Below, piece by piece: positions 1-8,697 of a DNA stretch of 56,371 nt; position 1 is the stretch's first letter, and each line of letters starts with the position of its first letter. The notes under the pieces were generated by a model. That model saw only the letters and a list, made by a program, of their open reading frames with translations. It did not search any database and had not been told where the DNA came from. The stretch spans positions 1 through 56,371 of the forward strand of contig JAMIFL010000128.1 of NCBI GenBank assembly GCA_035906295.1, in the 5' to 3' direction. The translations under genes and the position numbers were made by a program. The DNA is from Alphaproteobacteria bacterium (lineage in GTDB: Bacteria > Pseudomonadota > Alphaproteobacteria > Micavibrionales > UBA1664).

Positions 1-2801
1 TGGAAGACAAATTATCGGAAGCGGATTTCGAACGGCTGTTCGGGCAGGCGGGCGACTGGGTTGGAAAGCTTTCGGGCTTTGGGCTTAAGGCGGCGCAGAA
101 CATCATGGGGGGCATGGCCAAGCGCATGGGCATGCCGGTTATTCGCAAGGCGGCCGTGGAGGGCGTGAAGCTGCTGGGCGGCGCGTTCGTGATGGGGGAA
201 AGCATCGAGGAGGCGCTGGCCGCCGCCAACGGGCAGCCGCGCGGGGTTGCGTGGTCGTTCGACATGCTGGGCGAAGGGGCGCGCACGGCGGCGCATGCGG
301 AGGAGTATTTCAACAGTTACGCCCACGCCATTTCGACGGTGGGGCGCAGCGTGGTGGACCGGCATACCCCGGCGCTGAAGCGGCACGGGATTTCGGTGAA
401 GCTTTCGGCGCTGCACCCGCGCTACCACGCGGGGCAGTATGACCGATGCATTCCGGAGCTGGCGGAGCGTTTATCGGAGCTTTGCAGGCTGGCGGCGGAT
501 GCGGGGCTGAACCTGACGGTGGATGCCGAGGAAAGCGAGCGTCTGACGCTGTCGCTACAGGTCATCGACAAGACGTTGCAGGCGCCGTACCTGAAGAGCT
601 GGGACGGGTTCGGGCTTGCGATTCAGGCGTATTCGAAGCGGGCTTTGCCGCTGACGCGGGAGCTGATTGCGTGGTCGCACACGACCAAGCGGCGGCTGGG
701 CATTCGGCTTGTGAAGGGGGCTTACTGGGATTCGGAAGTCAAACGCGCGCAGGTGGGCGGGTTGCCGGATTACCCGGTGTTCACGCGTAAGAGCCATACC
801 GACCTTTCCTACCTTGCGTGTGCGCAGATGCTGATGGACAACCGCGCGTTCGTGACGCCGATGTTCGGTACGCATAACGCCACAACGGTTGCCAATATTC
901 TGGAGATGGCGGGGAATGACCGGCGCGGGTTTTCGTTCCAGCGCCTGTTCGGCATGGGCGAGGGTTTGCACGCGCAGTTGCTGGCCATGGATTTGCCGGT
1001 TTCGGTTTATGCGCCGGTGGGGCCGCATACGCAGTTGCTGGCGTATCTGGTGCGCCGGTTGCTGGAAAACGGGGCCAACACCTCGTTCGTGAACAAAATC
1101 AGCGACCGTTCGGTACCGGCGGAGAAGCTGATTGACGACCCGGTTGCGACCGCGCGGCTGAACAAGGGCAAGCCGCACCCGAAAATTCCCCTGCCCGCCA
1201 ACCTGTACGCACCTGAAAGGCCCAATAGCCGGGGGTTTGACCTTGGCGAGCGGGATGCGCTAAAGGCGCTTGAGAACGGCGCCCGGAACGCGATTTCTGG
1301 CCGTGTGTATGAGGCGTACAGCCTTGTGGACGGGGTTAAGCGTACGGGGGCTATGGCGCAGGACATGCATTCGCCTTCCGATAAGGCGGTGGTGCTGGGG
1401 CAGATGTGGTCGGCGGATGATAAAATCATCGACGATGCGTTCGAGAGCGTGTGCGGTGGCCTGAAAATATGGCGGACGACGCACCCGGATGAACGGGCGA
1501 AGGCGCTGGAGCAGTATGCGCGGCTGCTGGAAGAGCACCGGGATGAATTTGTGGGGCTTTGTTCGCGCGAGGCGGGCAAGACTTTGGCCGACGGCATTGC
1601 GGAAGTGCGCGAGGCGGTGGATTTCGCGCGGTATTACGCGGCGCAGGCGCGCAAATTGTTCGGCACGCCCATTATTCTGCCGGGGCCTACGGGGGAGCAG
1701 AATTCGCTGCGGCTGGAGGCGCGCGGGGTGTTCGTGTGCATCAGCCCATGGAATTTCCCGCTGGCGATTTTCACGGGGCAGGTTTGCGCGGCGTTGGCCG
1801 CGGGGAACGCCGTGGTGGCGAAACCCGCCGAGCAGACGCCCATCATCGCCCAGCGGGCGGTGGAACTGATGCTGGCGGCGGGCATACCCAACAACGCCAT
1901 CGCGCTGGTGCAGGGTGATGGCCGCGTGGGCGAGAAAACGGTTTCGCACCGGCGGGTTTCGGGGGTGGCGTTTACGGGCTCCAACGCGGCTGCCAAGGCC
2001 ATTCACAAGTCGCTGGCCGACAGGCCGGGGCCGATTATTCCGCTGATTGCGGAGACGGGCGGTTTGAACGCCATGATCGTCGATTCAACGGCGCTGCCGG
2101 AGCAGGTTTGCGACGATGTGATGCTTTCAGCGTTCACCTCGGCGGGGCAGCGGTGTTCGGCCTTGCGGCTGTTGTGCGTGCAGGAAGAGATTGCGGACCC
2201 GCTGATGGATTTGCTGGCGGGGGCGATGGGCGAGCTGAAAATCGGCGACCCGGCGGATGCGGCGACGGATATCGGCCCGCTTATCGACGCGGAGGCGGCG
2301 GCGATGGTGCAACGGCATAAATCGCGCCTGCGCGGGGGGGCGCATTCGGTGGCGGAAGCGAGCCTCGACAAGGCCATCGCCGGGCGCGGGCATTTCTGCG
2401 CGCCGATGGCGGCGGAGCTGCGGTCGGTCGACGACCTGGACCGCGAAATTTTTGGGCCGGTGCTGCATGTGGTGCGGTACAAGGCGCATGAGCGCGAGGA
2501 TTTGATTGAGGACATCAACCGCAAAGGGTTCGGGCTGACGTTCGGGGTGCATTCGCGCATCTGGCAGACGCAGCGGCAGGCGGCGAGCCAGATACGCGCC
2601 GGGAACGTTTACATCAACCGCGGCATGATTGGCGCGGTTGTGGGCGTACAGCCGTTTGGCGGCATGGGGCTTTCGGGCACGGGGCCGAAGGCGGGGGGGC
2701 CGCATTACCTTTATGCGTTCGCCACCGAGAAGGTCATCAGCATCGACACCACGGCGTCGGGCGGGAATACAAGCCTTTTGACGCAGGATGAGGGATTATA
2801 G
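1..2801 (+). CDS. putA: Bifunctional proline dehydrogenase / P5C dehydrogenase PutA (5' end outside window)
   Basis: Frame 3 is open from the window edge (EDKLSEADFERLF...) into ORF 105..2801. Proline-dehydrogenase-like part: SFDMLGEGART, LVKGAYWD. Aldehyde dehydrogenase motifs: ISPWNFPLAIF, FTGSNAAAKAI, ETGGLNAMIVDSTA, GQRCSALR. Confidence 0.9.
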   Translation, partial: EDKLSEADFERLFGQAGDWVGKLSGFGLKAAQNIMGGMAKRMGMPVIRKAAVEGVKLLGGAFVMGESIEEALAAANGQPRGVAWSFDMLGEGARTAAHAEEYFNSYAHAISTVGRSVVDRHTPALKRHGISVKLSALHPRYHAGQYDRCIPELAERLSELCRLAADAGLNLTVDAEESERLTLSLQVIDKTLQAPYLKSWDGFGLAIQAYSKRALPLTRELIAWSHTTKRRLGIRLVKGAYWDSEVKRAQVGGLPDYPVFTRKSHTDLSYLACAQMLMDNRAFVTPMFGTHNATTVANILEMAGNDRRGFSFQRLFGMGEGLHAQLLAMDLPVSVYAPVGPHTQLLAYLVRRLLENGANTSFVNKISDRSVPAEKLIDDPVATARLNKGKPHPKIPLPANLYAPERPNSRGFDLGERDALKALENGARNAISGRVYEAYSLVDGVKRTGAMAQDMHSPSDKAVVLGQMWSADDKIIDDAFESVCGGLKIWRTTHPDERAKALEQYARLLEEHRDEFVGLCSREAGKTLADGIAEVREAVDFARYYAAQARKLFGTPIILPGPTGEQNSLRLEARGVFVCISPWNFPLAIFTGQVCAALAAGNAVVAKPAEQTPIIAQRAVELMLAAGIPNNAIALVQGDGRVGEKTVSHRRVSGVAFTGSNAAAKAIHKSLADRPGPIIPLIAETGGLNAMIVDSTALPEQVCDDVMLSAFTSAGQRCSALRLLCVQEEIADPLMDLLAGAMGELKIGDPADAATDIGPLIDAEAAAMVQRHKSRLRGGAHSVAEASLDKAIAGRGHFCAPMAAELRSVDDLDREIFGPVLHVVRYKAHEREDLIEDINRKGFGLTFGVHSRIWQTQRQAASQIRAGNVYINRGMIGAVVGVQPFGGMGLSGTGPKAGGPHYLYAFATEKVISIDTTASGGNTSLLTQDEGL

Positions 2802-2893
2802 GCATTCCGGGGCCGCGGAATCCCTCAAGTTAAGGTTTTATTAAGTAAGCGGCTTTATGGTTGGGCGCATACCAAAAAACAGGAGCGTTCACC

Positions 2894-3013
2894 ATGACAC
2901 TGAGCCGCGCGTTTAACGTTACTTCGCATATCGTCGGGAAAAAGACGGCATCGGTCTTGGACGTGCTTCAGCGCAACGCGATGGCCATGGCGCAGGCGCC
3001 GCTGGCACGATAG
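2894..3013 (+). CDS. Possible small protein (39 aa), unknown function
   Basis: ATG at 2894 lies 7 nt after AGGAG. Peptide MTLSRAFNVTSHIVGKKTASVLDVLQRNAMAMAQAPLAR, stop TAG 3011-3013. Followed by hairpin repeats and a strong terminator. No homology evidence. Confidence 0.25.
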   Translation: MTLSRAFNVTSHIVGKKTASVLDVLQRNAMAMAQAPLAR

Positions 3014-3077
3014 CCGCGAAGCGGCCTGATGGCAGTCTAGCCGCGAAGCGGCGCTGACAGTGTAGCCGCGAAGCGGC
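3011..3077. repeat. Three tandem units TAGCCGCGAAGCGGC plus 10-12 nt, each with a GCCGC-GAA-GCGGC hairpin
   Basis: Unit starts read at 3011, 3038 and 3063 (periods 27 and 25 nt). Confidence 0.8.
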
Positions 3078-3122
3078 GGTGGCCAGCAGGTAACGGGACA
3101 GTTTCTCCTTTCGAGTGGAGAT

Positions 3123-3154
3123 AAAAGGGCGGCCTTTCAAAGGGCCGCCCTTTT
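3123..3154. terminator. Bidirectional intrinsic terminator-like hairpin
   Basis: AAAAGGGCGGCC (3123-3134), 8-nt loop, GGCCGCCCTTTT (3143-3154): perfect 12-bp stem flanked by A and T runs. Confidence 0.7.
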
Positions 3155-3218
3155 GCTATACAGGGCCTGGACATTTGTTTTGCGCGCCAGGCGCGCGGGA
3201 ATTAAGGAGACTTGCCCT

Positions 3219-4484
3219 ATGGATATTCTGGTTATCGGTTCCGGCGGACGGGAACATGCGCTGTGCTGGCGGCTGAAGCAGTCGGCATCGTGCGGGCAGG
3301 TGCATTGCGCGCCGGGGAACCCGGGCATTGCGCAGATGGCGACGTGCCACGAGGTGGGGGCCGAGGATATTGACGGGCTGGTGAAGCTGGCGCAGGCCAT
3401 CAAGCCGGACCTTGTGGTGGTGGGGCCGGAGGCGCCGCTGGTGGCGGGCGTGGCGGACAGGATGCGCGCGGCGGGGTTTGCGACGTTCGGGCCGGGCGCG
3501 CAGGCGGCGCAGCTTGAGGGTTCGAAAGCGTTTTTGAAGGATTTCTTCGCGCGGCACGACATTCCGACGGCGCAGTATAAAAACTTCACCGATGCGGACG
3601 CGGCTTGCGCGTATATCGACGCGATGGGCGCGCCCATCGTGGTGAAAACATCCGGCCTTGCGGCGGGCAAGGGCGTGACGGTGGCGATGACGACGGACGA
3701 GGCGAAGCAGGCGGCGCGGGAGATGCTGTCGGGCGCGCTGTTTGGGGACGCGGGGCTTGAAATCGTGATCGAGGAGTTTCTGGATGGGGAGGAGATTTCG
3801 TATTTCGCCATCTGTTCTGGCCGGGATTTCGTGCCGCTGGGTTCGGCGCAGGACCACAAGCGCGTGGGCGACGGCGACACGGGGCCGAACACGGGCGGCA
3901 TGGGGGCGTATTCCCCTGCCCGGCTGATGACGCCGGCACTGGAGCAACAGATTATCGAACGCTGCATCAAGCCGACGCTGAAGGGCATGGCGGATGAGGG
4001 CAACCCGTTCCACGGCGTTTTGTTCGCGGGCGTGATGGTCAGCGGCGGGCAGGCCAGACTGCTGGAATACAACGTGCGGTTCGGCGACCCGGAATGCCAG
4101 ACGCTGATGCTGCGGCTGGAGGGGGATTTCGCGCAGATGCTGATGGACGCGGCGAAGGGCCAGCTTAAGGCGCAGGAATTTTCGATGCGTGATGACGTTG
4201 CGGTGTGCGTGGTGATGGCGGCGAAGGGTTACCCCGGCGCCTACGCCAAGGGCGGGGTTATTGCAGGGTTCGAGAAGGCCGAGGCCGATGGCGCGATTGT
4301 TTTCCATGCCGGCACCAAGGCCGACGCGCAGGGGCGCGTGGTGGCCAATGGGGGCCGCGTGCTGGGCGTGAGCGCGAAGGGCGCAAGCGTGGGCGCGGCG
4401 CGGGATGCCGCGTACAAGGCGGTGGACGCGATTGAGTGGGCGGACGGTTTCTGCCGCCGCGACATCGGCTGGCGGGCGGTTTGA
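3219..4484 (+). CDS. purD: Phosphoribosylamine--glycine ligase
   Basis: Start moved to in-frame ATG 3219 (MDILVIGSGGREHALCWRL), preceded by AAGGAG. Motifs GAPIVVKTSGLAAGKGV and EYNVRFGDPECQ. Confidence 0.95.
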   Translation: MDILVIGSGGREHALCWRLKQSASCGQVHCAPGNPGIAQMATCHEVGAEDIDGLVKLAQAIKPDLVVVGPEAPLVAGVADRMRAAGFATFGPGAQAAQLEGSKAFLKDFFARHDIPTAQYKNFTDADAACAYIDAMGAPIVVKTSGLAAGKGVTVAMTTDEAKQAAREMLSGALFGDAGLEIVIEEFLDGEEISYFAICSGRDFVPLGSAQDHKRVGDGDTGPNTGGMGAYSPARLMTPALEQQIIERCIKPTLKGMADEGNPFHGVLFAGVMVSGGQARLLEYNVRFGDPECQTLMLRLEGDFAQMLMDAAKGQLKAQEFSMRDDVAVCVVMAAKGYPGAYAKGGVIAGFEKAEADGAIVFHAGTKADAQGRVVANGGRVLGVSAKGASVGAARDAAYKAVDAIEWADGFCRRDIGWRAV

Positions 4485-4488
4485 TTAT

Positions 4489-4914
4489 TTAGAATTTGCA
4501 ACTGCGCGGGTGAAGCGGTTCGTAGGAACCGTCCTTCGTTTTGCGCAGGTAGTAGAGCGTCTGTTCGCCGATTTTTTTCGCGGCGTTGGACTGGATGATT
4601 TCGCATTCCACGTCAGAGACGCCGTTGCCGACATAGTAGGGTTTTTTCATGCGCACGATGTCGTTTTTCGGCGGGGTGCCTTTATCGTATTCGGCCATTT
4701 TGACGGTGTAGGTGCACACGATGTCGGGCGTGCAGGTGCAGGCCACTTCGGTGATGGCGCCGAAGCCCACGATGTCGGCGCGGGATTTGCGCTGGGCATC
4801 GGTGAGGCTTTCGCATTTGGGGGCCTTGAGGGGGGCCAGCCTGCTTTCCTGCGCCATGGCGGGGACCGCCATGAGAAGAACCAGCAATGCCGCAAGGCCC
4901 GCCCGTTTCATCAT
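4489..4914 (-). CDS. Exported Cys-containing protein, unknown function (141 aa)
   Basis: Signal peptide MMKRAGLAALLVLLMAVPAMAQ. Six Cys in the mature part. Its start overlaps the stop of the upstream ORF (ATGA). Confidence 0.6.
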   Translation of the reverse strand: MMKRAGLAALLVLLMAVPAMAQESRLAPLKAPKCESLTDAQRKSRADIVGFGAITEVACTCTPDIVCTYTVKMAEYDKGTPPKNDIVRMKKPYYVGNGVSDVECEIIQSNAAKKIGEQTLYYLRKTKDGSYEPLHPRSCKF

Positions 4915-5534
4915 GCGATGGGCGCGTCCACGCGGACGGGGAGGTCCTGCGCCAGCGGGTCGTCGTCGGTCATTTCGATCATGCCGGTGGGCTGGACCGA
5001 GAAGTTGGAGAAGAAGAGCGCGTTGGAATAGAAGACGATGGCGTCACACAGCCAGTAGCCTTCGGCGTTCTTGCCTTCGAACGATGCGGGGCGGATTGTG
5101 CCCTCAATCGCGCGGCGGGTGGTGTCGTCCATGTTTTTGGGCAGGCCGTGCGTGTCCATGCTTTCGGAGACGAGGAACGGGCCGTCTTCGCCGCGCACGA
5201 AGAAGCAGAAGAAGCGCAGGTAGTCGAGCACGTTGTCGTCATTAAGACGGACGGGCGCGTCGGCGTTGGTCTGGTGAATGGGGGGGCTGGTGCCGTCGAG
5301 ACGGGTGAGGTTGCCCTGATTGGCGAGGTAATAGATGGAAAGGTTTTCCGGTATCCAGTTGCGGTCGCGCAGGCGGATGAGGACCACCTGTTCGTAGAAC
5401 GGGAGGCCGCGCCAGGAGACGGTTGTGCTGTCGGCCGACGTGCGGTGTTTGCCGTCAATGGTGCCGACCTGTGAAAGAAAGCCCTGGAGTTCTTCGCCCG
5501 TGACGGCGTTCCAGCGATTGTCATCGTTAAACAT
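4911..5534 (-). CDS. Hypothetical cytoplasmic protein (207 aa)
   Basis: Long ORF with balanced amino-acid composition and no signal peptide. 4-nt overlap with the downstream exported-protein gene. No family recognised. Confidence 0.55.
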   Translation of the reverse strand: MFNDDNRWNAVTGEELQGFLSQVGTIDGKHRTSADSTTVSWRGLPFYEQVVLIRLRDRNWIPENLSIYYLANQGNLTRLDGTSPPIHQTNADAPVRLNDDNVLDYLRFFCFFVRGEDGPFLVSESMDTHGLPKNMDDTTRRAIEGTIRPASFEGKNAEGYWLCDAIVFYSNALFFSNFSVQPTGMIEMTDDDPLAQDLPVRVDAPIA

Positions 5535-5839
5535 GAGGTTACCTTAAGAGTATGCTTTGTATTTCAAGAGTATAGGGGCAAAAAACCGGTTGGGCCAGCC
5601 CCTATGTGGGAGAATGCCGCGATAGCGGCGGGCATGGGAACGCCGCTATCAACGGCGGGAACGGGTGGGAACGGTAGCGAAAGCGGGCCTGCGACCGGCG
5701 CGGGCCAGCGCGAAAACAGGGGAAACCAGCAGGGCCGTCAGGGCCACGGACAGGAGAAATGCCATTGTTTTTGCCTTTGTCTGAAATTGGGGTGTTTCTA
5801 TCGTTATAAGGCTTAAATTGTTAAACTTACGTGAATGGT

Positions 5840-5869
5840 TTGACATTTCCGCGGCATGTGGCTTATAAA
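5840..5869 (+). promoter_or_regulatory. Sigma70-like promoter for rpmH
   Basis: TTGACA (5840-5845), 17-nt spacer, TTATAA (5863-5868), about 36 nt upstream of the rpmH ATG. Confidence 0.5.
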
Positions 5870-5904
5870 GCGCCCCAGATAACGAATTTCAGGAGTACGC
5901 CTAG

Positions 5905-6039
5905 ATGAAACGCACATACCAGCCCAGCAAACTTGTCCGCGCCCGCCGCCACGGCTTCCGCGCACGCATGGCCACCAAGAACGGCCGCAAGATTCTGGCC
6001 CGTCGCCGCGCCAAAGGCCGCGCGAAACTGAGCGCGTAA
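5905..6039 (+). CDS. rpmH: 50S ribosomal protein L34
   Basis: Not in the ORF track (<60 aa). Read directly: [44 protein letters not shown], preceded by AGGAG. Confidence 0.95.
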   Translation: MKRTYQPSKLVRARRHGFRARMATKNGRKILARRRAKGRAKLSA

Positions 6040-6072
6040 GCGCCCATGTCCTCCAAGGACGGCATAAAAACG

Positions 6073-6101
6073 GACCGCCCCACCGGGCGGTCTGATTTTT
6101 T
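6073..6101 (+). terminator. Intrinsic terminator/attenuator after rpmH
   Basis: GACCGCCC-cacc-GGGCGGTC followed by TGATTTTTT. Confidence 0.6.
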
Positions 6102-6201
6102 GTGTCCTGCGGACATTTCTGCGCGGCCTGAGGCCGCGCGGCCCACCGGGCGGTCTGATTTTTTGTGTCCTGCGGACATTTCTGCACGGCCTGAGGCCGT
6201 G
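6076..6201. repeat. Direct tandem duplication, 2 x 63 nt
   Basis: CACCGGGCGGTCTGATTTTTTGTGTCCTGCGGACATTTCTGC(G/A)CGGCCTGAGGCCG(C/T)GCGG occurs at 6081 and again at 6144. Each copy holds an 8-bp hairpin GC(G/A)CGGCC-TGA-GGCCG(C/T)GC. Confidence 0.9.
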
Positions 6202-6582
6202 CGGCGCAACGGGCGGCTGAAGAAGCGGTCAGATTTTTTGCGTTTGAGGGATTCCGGCAAAAAATGGGTTTCGCCCACGGTCATCGTGCAGGTGGCGGCC
6301 CCGGAAACCACGGATATTCGCGTCGGGTTCACCGCCACCAAAAAAATAGGCGGGGCGGTTGTGCGCAACCGCGCGAAGCGGCGGCTGCGGGAAGCGGCGC
6401 GCATGGCGCTCAAAGGCGCGCAGATGCCCAGCGACATCGTGCTTATCGGGCGCGAGAGCACGGCCACCTGCCCGTTCGCGGCGCTGCTGAAAGATATGCG
6501 CTGGTGTTTCAAGCGGCTTGAAATACATGGTCATGCGAATGGACATGATGCGAATGCGAAACCTGCTGGTCAGCCTTCTTAA
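6199..6582 (+). CDS. rnpA: Ribonuclease P protein component
   Basis: GRLKKRSDFLRLRDSGKKWVSPTVIVQV... and KKIGGAVVRNRAKRRLRE are typical RnpA. Start placed at in-frame GTG 6199 (127 aa) rather than ATG 6046, which would add a repeat-encoded 51-aa extension. Confidence 0.8.
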   Translation: MRRNGRLKKRSDFLRLRDSGKKWVSPTVIVQVAAPETTDIRVGFTATKKIGGAVVRNRAKRRLREAARMALKGAQMPSDIVLIGRESTATCPFAALLKDMRWCFKRLEIHGHANGHDANAKPAGQPS

Positions 6583-6778
6583 AGCGCCGGTACATGTGTA
6601 CCGGTATGCGATTTCCCCCCTCATCGGACCGCGGTGCAGGTTCCATCCGACGTGTTCGGATTACTGCTTGCAGGCCTTGGAAAAACATGGTCCATTGACC
6701 GGCCTGTGGCTGGCCGCAAAGCGGCTTGCCGCCTGCCATCCGTGGTCTAAACGCCATGGGTACGACCCGGTTCCCTGA
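6518..6778 (+). CDS. yidD: Membrane protein insertion efficiency factor YidD
   Basis: YAISPLIGPRCRFHPTCSDYCLQALEKHG is the YidD signature. The true start is probably one of the ATGs at 6545, 6548 or 6554. Overlaps the rnpA 3' end. Confidence 0.85.
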   Translation: MKYMVMRMDMMRMRNLLVSLLKAPVHVYRYAISPLIGPRCRFHPTCSDYCLQALEKHGPLTGLWLAAKRLAACHPWSKRHGYDPVP

Positions 6779-6816
6779 ACCCCCGAAAACACACAAAAAC
6801 GGACACGAGTTCATCA

Positions 6817-8697
6817 ATGCAAAATTCGAATGGCCCGAACGGCCAGATGCACCCGGAAGATAAACGCAATCTTCTCATCTTCTTCGCCATCTGCATTGCG
6901 GCTTATGTCGGGTATGACCTTTTCATCCACCAGCCGCGCATGGAAAAAATGCGGGCGGTGGAAGCGGCCCAGAAAGTGGCCGCAGCGCAGGCGCCCGTGC
7001 AGGGCGACGCCAGCGGCGCGATTTTGCCGCGCGCCGAAGCGATGGGCGCGGCGGGCCGCGTGGCCATCGACAACCCGGACCTTTCGGGGACGCTGTCGCT
7101 GAAGGGCGGGCGCATCGACGACCTTTCTTTCCGCCAGTATTTCGAAACGGTGGAACGCACGACGCCGGTGACGCTGATGTCGCCCGCGCGCACGGAGCAC
7201 CCGCTGTACCTTGATTTCGGATGGCTGGGAGACGGCAAACTGCCGGACGCCAACACGGTGTGGACGCTGAAGGGCGGCGATGCCGCGCCGCTGTCGAAGG
7301 ACCACCCGGTGACGCTGACATGGACCAACGGCGCGGGCCTGAATTTCGAGCGCACCTATGCGCTGGACGACCAGTACATGTTCACGGTGACGCAGACGGT
7401 GACCAACACCACCGGGGCGCCGGTGACGCTTTACCCCTACACCGCGCTGACGCGGCAGGGGCTGCCCAGCGACTACCAGAAGAACGCGGTGATGCATGAA
7501 GGCCCCATCGGGTACGTGGACGGGGAGCTTTCGGAAGTGTCCTACAAGGATCTGGACAAGGAGCCGCGCCATGAGATGAAAGGCGACGGCTGGGCCGGGT
7601 TTACGGATAAATACTGGTTTTCGGGCCTTGTGCACCGGGGACCGGGGAGCGCCGATTTCCGTTTCCTGCGCGCGAGCACGCAAGGGGCGCCCATCTACCA
7701 GATCGACATGAAGGGCGAGGCCATGACGGTGGCGCCGGGCGCGTCCATCAGCGTGCCGGTTGAGGCGTATGTGGGGCCGAAGAAGCTTTCGGTGCTGAAC
7801 GGGTACAAGGACGCGCAGAATATCGACCGTTTCGACCTCGTCATCGATTTCGGCATGTTCTGGCCGCTGACCATTCCGTTCTTCCACATCCTGACATGGC
7901 TTGGGCATACCATCGGTTCGTTCGCGGTGGCCATCCTCGTCTTTACCGTGATGCTGCGGCTTGCGGTGTTTCCGCTGGCCAACAAATCGTACCGTTCGTT
8001 CGCGCGGATGCGCAAAATTCAGCCGCAGATGCTGGAAGTACGCGAACGTTATGCGGATGACCGCGCACAATTGCAGCAGGCGATTGTCGAGCTTTACAAG
8101 ACAGAGCAGGTCAACCCGATGGCCGGGTGTTTGCCGCTGGTGATTCAAATTCCCATCTTCTTCTCGCTGTACAAGGTTTTGTACATCACGCTGGAGATGC
8201 GCCATGCGCCGTTCTTCGGTTGGGTGCACGACATGTCGGCGCCGGACCCGCTTTCGGTGTTCACGCTGTTCGGCGCGGTGCCCTGGGATGTGCCGGCGTT
8301 CATCAATATCGGGGTGTGGCCGGTCATCATGGGGATTACGCTGTTCATGCAGCAGCGCATGAACCCGCCGGCGCAGGACCCTGTGCAGGCGAAAATCCTG
8401 GGGTTCATGCCCATCATGATTACGTTCCTGATGGCGCATTTCCCCGCGGGTCTCGTGATTTACTGGTCGTGGAGCAACACTTTGTCCATCATCCAGCAAT
8501 ATGTGCTGATGCGCCGCGAGGGGGTTGAGGTGAACTTCTTCAGCAAGTCGGCAGCCGACAAGAAAATGGAAGACGCGGTGGCGCACGGACCTGCGGTGCA
8601 CCCGGCGGAGGAAGAGATTAAACACGACCTTGAGGTCATCGAGGGCAAGGTGCTGGAGAAGACGATTTCACCGCCCAAGCCGAGCAAAAAACGCTAA
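6817..8697 (+). CDS. yidC: Membrane protein insertase YidC
   Basis: 626 aa. N-terminal TM helix, large periplasmic domain, conserved core (FAVAILVFTVMLRLAVFPL, NPMAGCLPLVIQIPIFFSLY). Synteny with rnpA-yidD. Confidence 0.95.
   Translation: MQNSNGPNGQMHPEDKRNLLIFFAICIAAYVGYDLFIHQPRMEKMRAVEAAQKVAAAQAPVQGDASGAILPRAEAMGAAGRVAIDNPDLSGTLSLKGGRIDDLSFRQYFETVERTTPVTLMSPARTEHPLYLDFGWLGDGKLPDANTVWTLKGGDAAPLSKDHPVTLTWTNGAGLNFERTYALDDQYMFTVTQTVTNTTGAPVTLYPYTALTRQGLPSDYQKNAVMHEGPIGYVDGELSEVSYKDLDKEPRHEMKGDGWAGFTDKYWFSGLVHRGPGSADFRFLRASTQGAPIYQIDMKGEAMTVAPGASISVPVEAYVGPKKLSVLNGYKDAQNIDRFDLVIDFGMFWPLTIPFFHILTWLGHTIGSFAVAILVFTVMLRLAVFPLANKSYRSFARMRKIQPQMLEVRERYADDRAQLQQAIVELYKTEQVNPMAGCLPLVIQIPIFFSLYKVLYITLEMRHAPFFGWVHDMSAPDPLSVFTLFGAVPWDVPAFINIGVWPVIMGITLFMQQRMNPPAQDPVQAKILGFMPIMITFLMAHFPAGLVIYWSWSNTLSIIQQYVLMRREGVEVNFFSKSAADKKMEDAVAHGPAVHPAEEEIKHDLEVIEGKVLEKTISPPKPSKKR

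Noticed and set aside
3011-3077. Tandem repeats here, at 6076-6201 and at 36545-36625 considered as CRISPR arrays
   Set aside because: There are only 2-3 units and the 'spacers' are shorter than, or part of, the repeats. The units are imperfect and no cas genes are present. They behave like REP/terminator-type hairpin repeats.
4489-5534. Toxin-antitoxin or effector-immunity assignment for the coupled 207-aa/141-aa pair
   Set aside because: The only evidence is the 4-nt overlap and the cytoplasmic/exported asymmetry. I see no recognisable toxin, nuclease, peptidase or immunity motifs.
5649-5765. 38-codon minus-strand ORF MAFLLSVALTALLVSPVFALARAGRRPAFATVPTRSRR followed by a 10-bp hairpin (GATAGCGGCG/CGCCGCTATC)
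   Set aside because: It has a signal-peptide-like hydrophobic start but only a weak SD sequence (AAGG at -13) and a GC-rich Arg/Pro tail typical of chance ORFs. There is no way to test conservation here, so it is not called.
6046-6198. ATG 6046 as the rnpA start (178-aa RnpA)
   Set aside because: The extra 51 aa would be encoded entirely by the rpmH terminator and the 63-nt tandem repeat. The canonical RnpA N-terminus (GRLKKRSDFL) begins just after in-frame GTG 6199. Kept as an alternative only.
6814-8625. 603-aa minus-strand ORF opposite yidC, and likewise 17736-19451 (+) opposite the histidine kinase, and 51960-53036 and 54830-56059 (+) opposite r-protein genes
   Set aside because: All lie antisense to genes with unambiguous conserved motifs. 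Their Arg/His/Gly-rich compositions are typical of non-coding frames in GC-rich DNA.
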